64,000 nt of DNA from Phoronis australis (taxonomy: Eukaryota; Animalia; Phoronida), in the NCBI GenBank assembly GCA_002633005.1, contig NMRA01000303.1:310706-374705 (forward strand), read 5' to 3'. The notes below the pieces were generated by a model. That model worked only from the letters and a program-made list of their open reading frames with translations, had not been told where the DNA came from and ran no database searches. Made by a program: the position numbers and the translations under genes. Of this stretch, positions 1 through 13,609 are shown in pieces; position 1 is the stretch's first letter, and each line of letters opens with the position of its first letter.

Positions 1-1933
1 CGCTCATGGCTCGTACCTATTCATGTGCGCTCATGGCTCTACGGTCAAGATTCAGTTTATTATGATCCAGTTTGGAAAAAGTTCATTTAATTAGGGTCAT
101 TCTTTGAAGGTATTTTTGAAAGGGCGACGTCCCGAGGTCCCTGGTACAGTGCCTTTGAGATTGGTTTCAATATATCCCTTGATGAAACACGGGTAGTCCA
201 GTTTCTGGTGTCTGGGAAAAATGATACAGAGGGTGTCTTAAAAATGTACACACTTCCACTGACGCCAGGAGTTCAAATTCAGTTCCCGTGAATCACTAAA
301 AATAAAAATTCTGCGCCGGACTTACTGCATAGTTTCACATTATTTTGAACGTAGGTGCGTCAGCCTTCATGGGAATGGCGAACAAACGACTCAGTTTTAC
401 AGAACGAGAATACCACTGGAAACTTAAAAACATCAAGGAAGTGCAAAGACAATTAATCTTTTCAAGTTAATGAGCAATGCGTTTAATTTGATTTATTTAA
501 GAGCTTAAAATTCTTTTTCGATCTACGTTTTGTGAATGTAAACCATTAATCTTCTTCCGAAGTCAATACACAATTCAATTATTGGCATTTTTGAGGACAC
601 TTTGTAGAGCCGTCCGACATTCATCAATATCTTCGAGACTTATTTTATTAGATAAACCAAGTTCGTTTAGTGTTCTTTGCTATTATTTTGGGGATAGGAT
701 GATAGATCGAATTTTCCCAATATCAGCTTGCAACTAAGTTCACATTTTCGTAGTTGCATAAACGTGTAAATCAGAAACCAAAAAATTCGTTATTTGTCAA
801 AACAGAATAAGCAATTCCCGAAGACATCCTCAAAGACTCTCGTCGATGGGTAAAAGGGAAGAACTTGGGCTACGGGGCATTACCCATTAGCCATGTATAC
901 TTTCATCAAAAATCGTACCCCCACAGCCTTTCGACACCTGCGAATTCCTTACAAATAACTCCTATGTAATAACAATCTTCAAAAGAAAAACAATTCTTGC
1001 TATACTGTAGGAAAAGTAACGTTTATAAAACCATCGGAAATAATCCTTTTGTGTAATTGTCTCCGCGTTCTTCCAAGCTCCACTCTTTCGATGGTGGTCA
1101 ATCATCTTGTCTTTTTCACATTTTTGTTGGTTACTTGGACCGAATGCTTGATACGGCTGTGCTATGCGCGAATGTTTTAATTTTTTGATGAATTTGGAAA
1201 CTGAGGTCATTCCCTCGTGACTAATACCCCTTGTGCAAATCCGCCATCTTTAAATTTAGCTCAGTGATGCATTATGGGTAATGGGGTTACCGCTTATCAC
1301 AGATGCACAGTAAACACTGCGTTACCACTGTTAGAGCATCACGGCATTGACCGAAAACCCCTAATAATTTCAAATTTGTTGAACAATGTAGCGTAACACA
1401 ATTCATTTGACATATACTTAAGTTGTTATTAACACATTTTAACATATTTTNCAAACGATCCCATGATGCTCTAGCGGAACTAAGATTTCGCGCAAGCGCA
1501 TATAGATTTGCACAAGGGGTATTGGCAGTTTTAGATTTATATGTAATAGAGGGACAAAGGGAAAATTCCCCAAAGCGCCAGACCGAGCGAGCGCCCATAC
1601 GGAAAGGCGATCCTTAAAGATGGAAAGGCTAAAGATCATTAAGGATAGAAAAGAGTTATAGTTAAGTCCATCGTCGTGTGACCCTGCAAGAAGTTTTCAG
1701 CGAGTACACACGATTACAAAGCCGTCCGAGACCTGAATTTTGCCACAAATAGGTATACATGTACCTAAAAACGTTCACCCTTTATCCTACTTGAATCATT
1801 TGAAACACAAACGGTCATTCACCAAGTGATTTCATAGGGCTGATAAACTTTTCGGTCGCGTGCTTTGGACGGTTTGATCGATTTACCGATGAAATTTAAA
1901 GCAAGTAATTATGACATTATTTCCAGATGGACA

Positions 1934-2192
1934 TCCGTTAGATAAGTGTATAAAGTCACTCAGACCTCCGTTAGATAAGTGTACAAAGTCACTCAGACCT
2001 CCGTTAGATAAGTGTATAAAGTCACTCAGACCTCCGTTAGATAAGTGTATAAAGTCACTCAGACCTCCGTTAGATAAGTGTATAAAGTCACTCAGACCTC
2101 CGTTAGATAAGTGTATAAAGTCACTCAGACCTCCGTTAGTGTATAAAGTCACTCAGACCTCCGTTAGATAAGTGTGTATACAGTCACTCAGA
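1934..2192. repeat. 33-bp minisatellite, about 7.5 copies
   Basis: Unit ccgttagataagtgtataaagtcactcagacct. Confidence 0.95.
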
Positions 2193-2559
2193 CATAGGGC
2201 ACACTCAGCCTATAGTTGAGTCGAAAAATGGCCTCCAAGTGCACCCCCGTACTTCAACTTATAAGCTGCATTTTTGAAAAGAATAATATGCGTGAAAGCC
2301 GAAAAAAAATGTTAACAAGCGGAAAAAATTCCCACGTGCGTTTTGTATGCAAATTAGTTCCGCCATTACCTATTTTTTGTTATTTGACAGTACCTCGTTT
2401 TCCTTTTCCTGTAAGTGAACAAATCAAGTGTCAAAACCAAAGGGTCAAGCATTACGACAGAACTGTTTTCTTCGTACGTCGGCTCCGAGGACATATTTTT
2501 CTACGTCCAATGGTACAGAAACTCCAGAGTAGAGTTTTTCCACATCCGCAACAGTGAAT

Positions 2560-3220
2560 GGGTCTGTGAAATTCTTAATGGCTGTTATGGTCCGCTGCAT
2601 AACTTTCTCTCCTTTCTTTATTTCTGTTCTCTCCCGTTCACGTCTTCCCTTCTTTGGAAATTCCGTGTTGTCGACAACGCCGACCATAGCAAGAATCTTC
2701 TCGTAAAACTGCGCTCTGGCAGAGATTGTGCGGCACGAAAACAAATATGTACGCGGACGGGATGAAGGTTCCTGCAAAACAACGCCTGAAGAAGGGTGCC
2801 ATACCGTCGCTGTTGATTCCCAGCAGTACCGGGTCGCCCAACGACCCCGAAAACTGCATTTTTGAAGCGAGAAGCCTCGCGAGGTGTGACCCGTCTACAG
2901 TGACTTGAGGTCCTTCAGCTACTGACACGCCGTGCCTCCGAAGGTACTACAGGGCGTACAATTCCGGGAACTAGTAGTGATTCGCCCCGTGCTGGTGTCG
3001 TCTCCAACCCAGAGTGAATACAGGCCCAGGTCGTCACCCAGTACGTGAGGAGGACAGGTCGTTGTCCCGTGAACAGGCCGGTGACCCAAACTTTAATGAG
3101 TTTATTGTGGACTTGATGACTATTGGAGCTATTTAGAAAGTGCCAGGTGTGTGGCGTAGGAGTCACACGGTGGGATGTAATATGTTTGGGTGCTCAGGTC
3201 ATAATTCAGTGGGAGTGCAC
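2560..3220 (+). pseudogene. Decayed THAP-domain DNA transposase remnant (probably Kolobok-type)
   Basis: RLKKGAIPSLL resembles the THAP C-terminal LKxxAVPTIF box. It is followed by frameshifted FIVDL/LLELFRKCQVCG...GAQVIIQWEC (CxxC motif). A homologous piece lies at 28880-29050 inside a TTAA element. Confidence 0.55.
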
Positions 3221-4815
3221 ATTCTGCCTCACTGCACTCGGCCTCAAACTAAATCCATCCACTGACTGTTCGTGAAAAAAAATTAGTCCTCGTCACCAAT
3301 GCTTTGAAAATTGTCTTCGTCACTCACGTCATTGTGACTATGGTCGCCGACTCCATCCACTATCTCTTAATCCAACGTAATTGATTTCTCTAACAATCTA
3401 GCTTGGTCGTAGAATATCCGTCGATGGGAAGTGGTGACGACAGTTTCAGGAAATCGGCACGAAAAAAAACAAACAGCAGAACAGTCGTACAGTAACGCTA
3501 TGACCTCGCTAAAAAGCAAGAGAAATTACGTGAGATAATGCTGTGTATTTTAAAAGGGAACTGTATTTTATTCTGAATAAATTCTGGTAAGTTTTCTATG
3601 AATTGTTGATTAATTTCACAAACAATTCAACACCAAAAATTAAACTTACATTCTCTAACGAAGCTCAAAAAATTACCGGCTTGGAGCGCTGCTTAGTTTC
3701 GTGACGTATTTGGCGGGGGCCAAGCCACTGTCCTGTGTTAGCGTGCAATCAAGTAGCGTTTTTCATATTGTCGGAATAAGAAATTTTAGTGTGAAATGTC
3801 GGGTCACCAGGGATAACTGTTTGAGCCGAGGCAATACAAAGTGATAACCAGTCATCGCCATCGTCAGACGAAAAATTGCCGGTGCAACCAGTCCGTATCA
3901 ACAATTTACATTGGTGTGACTGTGCCGAGGGCAATGTGGACTCTAGCCTTCTAGTCAGCCAGCTGTCAGCCAATACTCAGCTCTGTAAACTTGAAGGGTT
4001 GGTAAGTTACCGACTGTAGCTGTATGAAGATTATCGTACCACTGTGTGTTGAGCTCCGTTAACCCCGAAATTTCAGACAGCCGTTGACTACCCGGGTATA
4101 GTTGACTCAATTATGCTCGTCACCTCGTCGTAAAACTTAGGCTACATCAACATATAAAGCTAACGGACCGGCGGGGGCGCATGCAAAATCTGCCAGGTAG
4201 TCACCCGACAATCCCATTATTCGTTGCAGCCGTTTAAGTTGAAAACAATCAAATAAACGTCATTTGGTAGCATTATTTACCGCCTTTTTAACAAAGAAGT
4301 GTGTCGTCCGTTTCAAAAACAACACGCTCGTGACACGGCGCACGCGCCATTTCATAAAAATTTGAGACGTCTTTCGGGACATGCTTCGCAGCACCAAGGT
4401 TGTTCTAAAATTCGGTTTGCTGGTGTAAAAATACTAAAAACTTGAAACAACGAAACAAGTTCCGATAATTTGTTATAACATGTACACAACCTAGGTACCG
4501 TCAGCGACGAACACTTGATAAAAGAATCAGGGGGAGAAGAAATTGGTAAAGGTCAGGTGACGTAATCGCAAAAAGCCGACTCATGAGAACACATCTCAAT
4601 TTTACTAGCAGCAGCCGATGAACGATCGCTAACATTTCCAACACCAGTAAATATAAAAGTTAGTTTACTCTAGGAACTTGGTTCCTAGGTTTACTCAAGG
4701 ATGAGATTAGTTTTAATGACATTGATTTGAGTCAGATTTTATTTGTACATTTTTTACCCATGTAGGCTTAAACCTGTAGGCCTATATCTAGTATACACTG
4801 AGCTTTGGGCCAAGG

Positions 4816-4981
4816 NNNNNNNNNNNNNNNNNNNNNNNNNNNNNNNNNNNNNNNNNNNNNNNNNNNNNNNNNNNNNNNNNNNNNNNNNNNNNNNNNNNNN
4901 NNNNNNNNNNNNNNNNNNNNNNNNNNNNNNNNNNNNNNNNNNNNNNNNNNNNNNNNNNNNNNNNNNNNNNNNNNNNNNNNN
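4816..4981. other. Assembly gap
   Basis: Run of N. Confidence 1.
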
Positions 4982-6559
4982 TTTATGGTCCACAGCGTTT
5001 GCGCGCGAAACCTACTTCTTTTTGTAATGCTTATTACACGTTTTATATTTTGTGCCATCAATTCTTAACAAATTTGTCGTATTTAAAATAGTCTTCAAAT
5101 GCCCAAAAGACCAAATCCGTTTTTCGTGTTGGCAATAATGACGGGAATGCTTTGGAAATCGTCCTAAGAGAGTATTGCGAGTTTCTGAGTGATTCACTAA
5201 GGCTTCGATTAAAATTCACATCCTACAAGCAGCTTCTGTTTTTTTATCGTCCCTCAGGTTCCATTTTCTTTAAAAAATGAAGTAAATTTTCTTCATTACA
5301 CAGTGGAGCAGACGACGGAAAAGGAGTCGTAGTGCGCAGCGCCTCTGCGGTCGCCTGGGATATCGCGGGAGAGCTTATACTTTGCCATAGTTCCGTTACG
5401 AATGCGCCGTGTTCAGAATTTGACACTTGAAAATTGGATTTGAGCTCCCCTCCCAACACTAAAACTGCACACATTTAAATCTTTTTTCATCCGTATAATT
5501 TTAAGTACCGGGGTTAATTGATAAACTCAACATTTCTCTACGCTCTTGCTGTTTTATTTTTTTGCGGCAGCCAAGGGGGGGCGGGGCCCTGGGCCCCCCC
5601 TAAATCCGCCTATGCATGTAAAGGGTAAGACAACTTTTGTCACTTACTTGTTGTTCTAATGTAATGCTTGACCACAAAACACAAGTCCAGAAACTTGTTT
5701 CTTTCAATTATATGAAATAGTTGCCGACATATTGCAAAATAACGCAAAATCGGTAACGACGGCACTATTTTGCATAAAAAACACTCATGACACATTTTTT
5801 TCGTCATGTCAACATCATTTATCCGTTTTCATACATATTTTCCATCATAAAAATTCAACTTCGAAGTTGAAGTCGGAGGTAGGGGGGTACACGGAGAGCC
5901 CTAGCCCGTAGGCCTACTCACAGTAGTCAATAACCCGGCCGGTTTTCAGTCGGATGGTCCTACTTGCGCACTTCACTCAGGGCACATCTCCAATGTTTTG
6001 CCTCACTGACGTGCCAAGTACCCAGCCAGTTCAACCTATCGAACCAACTCGGATTTATCCAACACATTTTCATGCTGCGTATGCTCAAAAATCTCCAAAC
6101 ATTACACGCGACTTCTGTTATAACATAACTAGCTGTACATAGAATGGAAAACAATCAGTTCAAATTTGTCAGCCATACGTCTGTTTCTACAGCAGGCTAT
6201 TGAGTCAATACTATTCTTTTTATTGTGCATTCTGTTACGTTCAGGGTTTCCGACCAGATTTCGAGTCGGACGGACAGTCACTGTCAGGACAAACTGAATG
6301 ACAAACAAGCCATAGACTATTACTAAGAACAGACATTCCAAATCAGTGCATCATAATAGCGCAATGAGCCAATATTGTTCAGCTATGTAGTGCGGTTGTG
6401 TCGTTTTTTTGAATGTCACCAACAAACAAAATACCAAAAGAAAACACAATTGGTTCTTTTGTTTGAAGTATAAACATCCTCTAAATAACTAATTTATCAT
6501 GCGAATTCTAACAAAATTATTAAATAAGTGGAAAACATCGTTGAAATACTGCCCCAGAT

Positions 6560-6728
6560 TAATACGCGCATGTATCTGCAGGTGTTCGATGCGTAATTCG
6601 TCATAGCCACGCCATCTTGGAATTCAAATCTTTCGAAGCTTCGTCCTTTCTCAACTATTTCTGTCAAAGTGAGCACTTTTTGCAGCGGTTCGGGACAGAC
6701 TGTGACCTAACACGGTCCTAGAGTCAAG
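6560..6728 (+). promoter_or_regulatory. Putative beta-catenin promoter and first non-coding exon
   Basis: YY1-type CGCCATCTT at ~6610 in CpG-containing sequence; candidate donors AAA|gtgagc (6669) and AAG|gtttgt (6729); + strand becomes visibly T/G-rich (intron-like) downstream. Inferred, with no transcript data. Confidence 0.5.
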
Positions 6729-7312
6729 GTTTGTGTGACAGTTTGTTTGGTCCAGTTTATTTTTTATGTGTGACCGTTAAATTCGCCATCTGATTCGCTG
6801 GTTTGTTGAATTGTGATTGTGAATGTGATTGTAATTTGTTTACGATGCCTCATCACTGAAGGTCGACTCATTGTTTTTCGTGACATAGTTTGCTTGCGAG
6901 TTGTTCTGAGGAAACGTTTGAATAGCAACAGAAATGCTAAGCCTAATTTGAACCAGTTTTAGCCTCTAAGTCTTTGTGAAGCTGTATTTGGTTCACCAAC
7001 ACAGTGACCAACAGCGTTCGAACACACGCTGGCCCAGCCCTTGGCCAGACTTGAGGCCACAGGCGTCCTCAGCTTCTGATCGTCCCCAATACACTACATA
7101 ATACTACAAGGTATGACACTTCGGACTTGAAATTCCACGGGTGCTTCACTTCAGCCGTCCATAGCAAACATAAAACTCAATAAATTTGCACAAAACAGGG
7201 GTTCAACAAACCATGAAGAATTGTTCTTTCTCCCAATACCATTCACGGTGTCCTGTTACGTCGACTTCGTAAGAAATTCGTAGTCAAAGAACAAAAATGT
7301 TCACAAAAAGCC

Positions 7313-7466
7313 CCCACACACGTTCTCCCTAGGCCCGTCGAGGTCAAGGACGGTTACGGAAATTGCCGGTGAGTTACGGAAGTAGCGACATCGTGACTTT
7401 ACGCGACCAAGCGGCAATTTCCGTACCGTCCTTGACCTCGACGGGCCTAGGGAGAACGTGTGTGGG
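7313..7466. repeat. Near-perfect ~55-bp inverted repeat with ~43-nt spacer (foldback/MITE-like)
   Basis: cccacacacgttctccctaggcccgtcgaggtcaaggacgg... and its reverse complement; abuts an N at 7467. Confidence 0.8.
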
Positions 7467-7826
7467 NTGTCCCCTGGCGGTAAAAAACTGGACTAATCTA
7501 CCGACTTCTGCAGACCGTAAGTTCATAAGTTCAAACTGACAGAGACCTATCTATCCCCTGCCTGAGTTATGGTCTCAAGGGATCGAATTCGATCCTATGG
7601 TGACCTTGGTACGCATCTGCTGATTAGCGAAAAAAACAGGTTGTTTTTGAGGTCCAAATTGGTGAAAAGGGTATTACTTCAGACAATTTCGTGGAAAAAT
7701 GGACACAATTTTAAATAATTCGAAAATGTGAAAGGCTGCTACTTGTTCCTCCACAGGCCTTTATGCAGCTTACGTCCAACTGGACGCCCTAGCACTAATC
7801 TGGACGCCCTGGCAAGGACGCCCAAT

Positions 7827-8308
7827 CAGGCCTTTATCCAGGATTTTGAAAATACGGTGTCCAAAATGGGGTTCCCAATATTCCAGGGCGTCCATGATTC
7901 CGACGCGTAACCCCCCACCCCCAGCAATACCCCAAACACACAGATTTTGTTACAAAAAAGTGCATAGATCAAGGTTTTTACAATAAAGTTTATAAAACAG
8001 CCTTCTGTGGTGAACATTTTTACTAAAAAAACTGTGTAGAACAAGACTTTTACAATGCTGTCAATCAAGTGTCAAAATAGCAACAATGCATATACTTTGT
8101 ATATACATTGTCTATTTCTTCCTGCTTTGAAAAAATAGCCTCCACTGTGAGCCTTCAGAGGCTTCCTAGTATTCATTACAATGTGCGAGTCCAAACTTGA
8201 AAGGTTCCTATTGACTGTGGGTGTCCAAATGATACATTGGGCGTCCTTGCCAGGGCGTCCAGATTAGTGCTAGGGCGTCCAAATGGACATACACTGCATA
8301 AAGGCCTG
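7827..8308. mobile_element. Non-autonomous hAT MITE
   Basis: TIR CAGGCCTTTAT/ATAAAGGCCTG, 8-bp TSD cgcccaat (7819-7826 and 8309-8316), subterminal gggcgtcc repeats. Confidence 0.9.
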
Positions 8309-8397
8309 CGCCCAATGATGACAACTCATCATATTAGCCCATGCTGATCACACAGTATACACTCACTAATCCGCTCAGATGAGTTGCAATGTTGGCA

Positions 8398-8472
8398 ATG
8401 TTTAGGAAAGTTATGTTTAGGAAAGTTATGTTTAGAAAAGTTATGTTTGGGAAAGCTATGTTTGGGAAAGTT
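8398..8472. repeat. 15-bp tandem repeat, 5 copies
   Basis: Unit atgtttaggaaagtt. Confidence 0.9.
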
Positions 8473-10444
8473 GTAAATCAAAGCTGAAAACTACAGTAAG
8501 CTGACATCTATTTATCGTTGGTGCTTTTGACTATTTCTGAAAATAATGTAGATATGATCACTGACCACTACACTATCCATTATCAGGGTCAAAGGTTAAG
8601 CAGTTCTCCCTTCATATGTGTCACATTTTGCCTTTAGAACTCTAATGAACTCACTCCAGTTGCATCGACTTCTGGGAACCTTACTGTATTTGCTATTTTG
8701 GAGTAACAAATGATATTTGAGACTGGCGGATTGACACAAGTTTAGTGTAAGTGGAGGGATGGTCAGGTGATTACACTGATTGTGAGTTGCAACATACAAC
8801 GTAGCGGTGCAAGCTGGGATGGACAGGGATATTCCTGGACTGTGCCTTTGTGCCAGTAATGCATAAAATATAAAAAGTCACTAGTACATTGCAGCAGGGC
8901 ACCCCCCCCCCCCNCCAGGGTGCAACTTTTAAAACGCAACACTTCCAAAAAACAAGATTCTAGTCAACTTACAGCCAGTCAGGTAAAACATGAGTCCGTT
9001 GTTATTTCGATTGCCCTTAAGGTTTCTGTTTCATATTTTACCACTTAAATTACCCCAATTTTTTTTTGAAAAAGGCACACTTTTTATCATCAGGTGTGCC
9101 CAAAGGGCACAGGTTCAAACCTGGTCAGGAATATACCTGGTTAGCTATTAGACGTACTGGCTATGTTTCTTTGAATGGTCCATTGGAAAGGTTGGCTGCG
9201 CAGAGCATGTATCTTAAACAAATAAAGCAAATCGATGTAAAACAGTGCACAAGTATGTTCAAATCTGGCACTCAGTTATGCCAATAATTAATTAACATCT
9301 CATTAACTATGCATGAATTAGCAGCTGCACCATTGTCCGTAATTGAACCATAGTGTCACCTGAGGCGGCCGGCCGACCCACCCTATTGTTCTCGTGTGCC
9401 CACTCGGACACTTTTCTAAAGACTTTCCACGCCATGTCATTGGTAGCTGTATTAGAATTCAATATTGGGACAGTGGTGATTAACGCCAGTCAATTTGCAG
9501 AGTTGTTGATCAATCTCCTGTTATTCTGGTTGTTGTTTTTGCCTAACCAATTGTCAAGTTGTTGTTTTGGTGTGTTTAATCCACGATTGTATTGAATTTC
9601 CTGTGCTATGGTGTGGTTATTGAGTGAGATTCCGATGTCGCTGCGCTGTCAATGTTATGCAAGATGTCGATCTTTTGAGTGAAATATTGACTTGTTAGAA
9701 AGTACCGTATATGAGTAAGGGTTTTGCCACACAACTCCTGAACTCCGTTTTGGACGGTTTGTCGTAGTTTTCTGCTTAAGTGGTAAGGAAATAGTTTCTA
9801 AAACATTTTGTGTTTTGTTTGCAATCTGAAAACAGTATTCTGAGAACTCATGCATCCTGTCCGATATTTTCTGATGGTTTGTCAGTGTTCACAGTCTGTC
9901 AAGTATCATTAATATGGGCCAAATCTGTTTGGACTACTTACACAGAGATGTCTTGTTGCTTAAAGGTTTCGGTTATCCAGTTTATGTTGATGCTAGGCCA
10001 GCATTATCAGCTGTGGCTTCTTTTGTCTAGAGTTGGAGTCACTGGGGTTAAATCAACTAACCGGCTTCATATCAAGGAGCCAGCATTTTGCTGTTCTATA
10101 CAAAAGCGTTTCAACTGGTTCAGAATCGGGTATTCGTCCAGGATTTCAAAAGTAGAGCCTCTCAAATGGCTTTCCCAATTTCTCTGGGTGTCCGTGACCA
10201 TTGATGCTTGACTGTGTTTTGATGACCCCCCAAGTTAAATTGCTGTTATTGACTGACTTGGCACAAGGATTTTGGTAACTGACTAGTAAATATTGCTGCA
10301 TTTGTGACAGTTATGTTTGATAGCATTGAATGATCATCAGCTATACTGATAATTAGCACCTTCGGTTTGATGATGTAACGAACTATGTCAACTGCCATGA
10401 AATTGTTCACCCACTTGATGGCCGTATTTTTGTTTGAATCGGAT

Positions 10445-10653
10445 GCTATATAATGTGGCGTAGCTATATAGTGTGGCATAACTATATAGTGTGGCGTAGC
10501 TATATAATGTGGCGTAGCTATATAATGTGGCGTAGCTATATAGTGTGGCGTAGCTATATAATGTGGCGTAGCTATATAGTGTGGCGTAGCTATATAGTGT
10601 GGCGTAGCTATATAGTGTGGCGTAGCTATATAGTGTGACGTAGCTATACAGTG
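10445..10653. repeat. 18-bp minisatellite, about 11.5 copies
   Basis: Unit gctatata(g/a)tgtggcgta. Confidence 0.95.
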
Positions 10654-12087
10654 TTCTCCACATTATAAATTCCAAACTCGACGCAAATGTTGAATATCAG
10701 TTATTGACATTGTTTTGTGTCTACCCATAAGCATGGTCATGCTGGAGGTATTTATATATGGTTTAAAACTGCACACTGCACTGGTGTGACCTACTTCTTA
10801 GACACTTCAAAGTTTAGCTTTGCTACCAATGCATCTCATAATTTCTCCAAAGCATTTGACAGACCAAGAGCAGCAAACAAAAGATCAAAAGTTCCTTTAA
10901 TAATACCAATGCCGATTTTAATATCAATTAGACATATTAAGTACTATTAACATGAGTTCTGATGTGACCTAGTTTTTAGTGACACCTGTTGTCAAGTTTA
11001 ATAAGCTCATAAAGTTCTCTAACTTGCCACTAGNATATAGTGTGGCATATGTGTTGGATGATACAGCTGATGTAAAAGATATTTTTTTTCTTGAAATCTT
11101 GTTATTGAGTCATGAATCAGTGTACTGGTCGTCTTGGTTCAGTCTCTTTCATTTGCCCATTAGTTTGAAACCCTAGTTCCAACGATTGTCTAGACTTTGC
11201 GGGATTACGTGAAATATTGCCGTGCATTTTAAATGACTACACGTGATTTTCGCTAGATTTTTGCAAGGACTGAACTCTACCCTGAACCTGAACTGGTTGC
11301 ATTAGTTTGGTTTCTCAAAATGCCCCTGCTGTTTTACAAACACATGGCTTGAGGTCAACTGGTGGTAGAGATGACCTCTCACTTTCTCAGTCATAGTTTT
11401 CTGTCTGTATTTTGAAGTGTGGTGCATCCTTTGACAATGAGTAACCCAGTGTCAGTCCCCAATCCAGTTTTTTCTGAAATAGGGTAGGTTCTGATCACGT
11501 CGCAAGTTTTGGTAGGCACAGTGTTTACCCAATTCATGTTTTCTTGGACCTTGTAATTTGGTGCTGAGTTATTTTTCTCAAAAAATTTTTTTTTGTCTGT
11601 TTCATGCCATGGCATGTGGGATAAGGTTTCATTCATCGTCAATTCAGCTGGAATGTTGTGGTATGTTCCCCCACTATTCTGGGGCCTCTTTCTGGAGAAT
11701 ACTGGCTCTTGTCTTTTGACTTAAGCCAAAAAGACAAATGTCTGACCACGAGTAACCAAAGTTGAATTCTTGTCTTTTGTGTTTCTCGAATCGTTTGGTC
11801 TTGTATCTATTGAGGCAGACTATAGATTTCTGTCTTGGGGTTCATGTAGATATATTTTGTGACTGGCAGCCTTAGTCTGTTGTTGTGAAACAGGTTAAAC
11901 CATCGATATAGTCTGATTTTTATGCAAAAACCAACAAAACTTTAGAAACGCCCTAGGTTTCTGGTTGGTCATGTAATTAATTAGATATCTCCCTACAAGG
12001 TCAGATCATCCAGTCCTTGATGGTATGTTAATTTTGACCCAGATTTTTTTCAAAAACGAGAATTCCATTTCGGGCAGACACGTAATA

Positions 12088-13532
12088 CCGTATTCGCCGT
12101 AATAACCGCCCATGCCCCTATAAGCGCCCCCCCATGCGTTTTCAGACATTGCTGAAATAAGTGGCCTGTCTATGAACGTGTATGTGCGAACAATGACGTA
12201 CCTACAGTCCTAAAACTCGGCTACAGTAACGTCTTCAATTTATCAAAAAATTTTTGCACGGGTCTTCTAGACCACCAGCGGCACTGCTATGTTTGTATTT
12301 AGCCGTGACTATACACTTCAAAGTAACGCAGCGCTTCAAAAAGAACGCAACAGCGTTGCTACTCTTGCAACGACCGTGCCCTACTATGGTCTGACCTTTC
12401 AGTACAGACACATCGACTGTCTCACGAATTAAAATAACTCGGTGTTAAACACACGTGGCCAAGAAGCGCGCGCTACATATATGAACCTGTCATCAAAGAC
12501 ATTAATTGGGAACTATCCATTCTTGAAATGGGTAGCATAGCATCGGTAAGAAATGAATATTGGCACTAATTTCCGACAATTTCTATACTATAAAACATGT
12601 TTGCGTTATTTATGAGATATATTGTTTGATTAACCATATTTGGTGTTCTTAAGCCGAATATCCGATAAAATGACAACTGATAGTGAATGCTTACACACCC
12701 TTACACCGAAAAATAACTGTCAGATAGTAAAACGTACGTACGCATCCAGCTACACGGCGACTAATATGGGCCTTACCGAGACAAATGTCGAACGTTTTTA
12801 GCACATGAGACTGGCAAGTGCTGAATGAAACACGCTCTGGTTTAGGTCTACTGCTTGTGCAAATTTCTTTAGACACAATCAATGCACATCTAGCTCGTTA
12901 GATTGCGTGGCTCTGGCCAAAAGACGGTCTCTGCTTTGGCAAATGAACTCTGGTGATAAGCATGCTCTCGCTTACTCACACATGCAGACGAACTTCAAAA
13001 CAAACGTCACGTGACAACAATGTGTGTTAGTCCAGACATTTTTCTCGCCGTGTTGCCGATCATACATGTAGATGGCACGATGTTGCACAGATTTGTACTT
13101 AAACCTGCCGTTAATCCAGAGTCCAGACCTCACGAGAACTCAAAAAAAATCTTAGAGACGTTAGAAAACTAATGAAGATTTCAGGTAACTTGCTTGAGTC
13201 GAAACTATTTTTATTCAAGCATTGAAGTCGCCATATCGAAGACGGCGATTTCGAGGCAGTCAGTCAGCGAGTTTTCGCCCTCCCTGGGATTTCAGCACAA
13301 TTTTCTGTAAAATGATCGTAATTAAGTAGCAGAGTTTGATAACAATGCACCACAGTTTTGTTGAAAGTCTTTCATAGATTACAGATACGTCACAGAGTGT
13401 ACATTTAATGAATCTTAGCTTCCGATTTCACCCGTTTCGGAGACCGGGTTTCAACCGCCTTGGGTTATAATAAGCGCCCCCCCTGAACCAAACTTTTCTA
13501 AGCGCCCTGGGCGGTTATTACGGCGAATACGG
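12088..13532 (+). mobile_element. Non-autonomous Tc1/mariner (pogo/Tigger-like) element
   Basis: Perfect 25-bp TIR ccgtattcgccgtaataaccgccca, TA on both flanks, subterminal taagcgccc repeats, no transposase ORF. Confidence 0.9.
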
Positions 13533-13609
13533 TAGTCTGATATAACGTGCCGATTTTTGAGAACCAGTTTTCTCCACTGAATAATAGGTTCTCAAAATGC
13601 TGGCATGCT

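Noticed and set aside
962-1210. 82-aa minus-strand ORF as a real gene
   Set aside because: No recognisable motif or exon structure.
1934-2192. 33-bp, 26-bp and 27-bp repeats as CRISPR arrays
   Set aside because: Units are head-to-tail with no unique spacers, there are no cas genes, and the context is eukaryotic.
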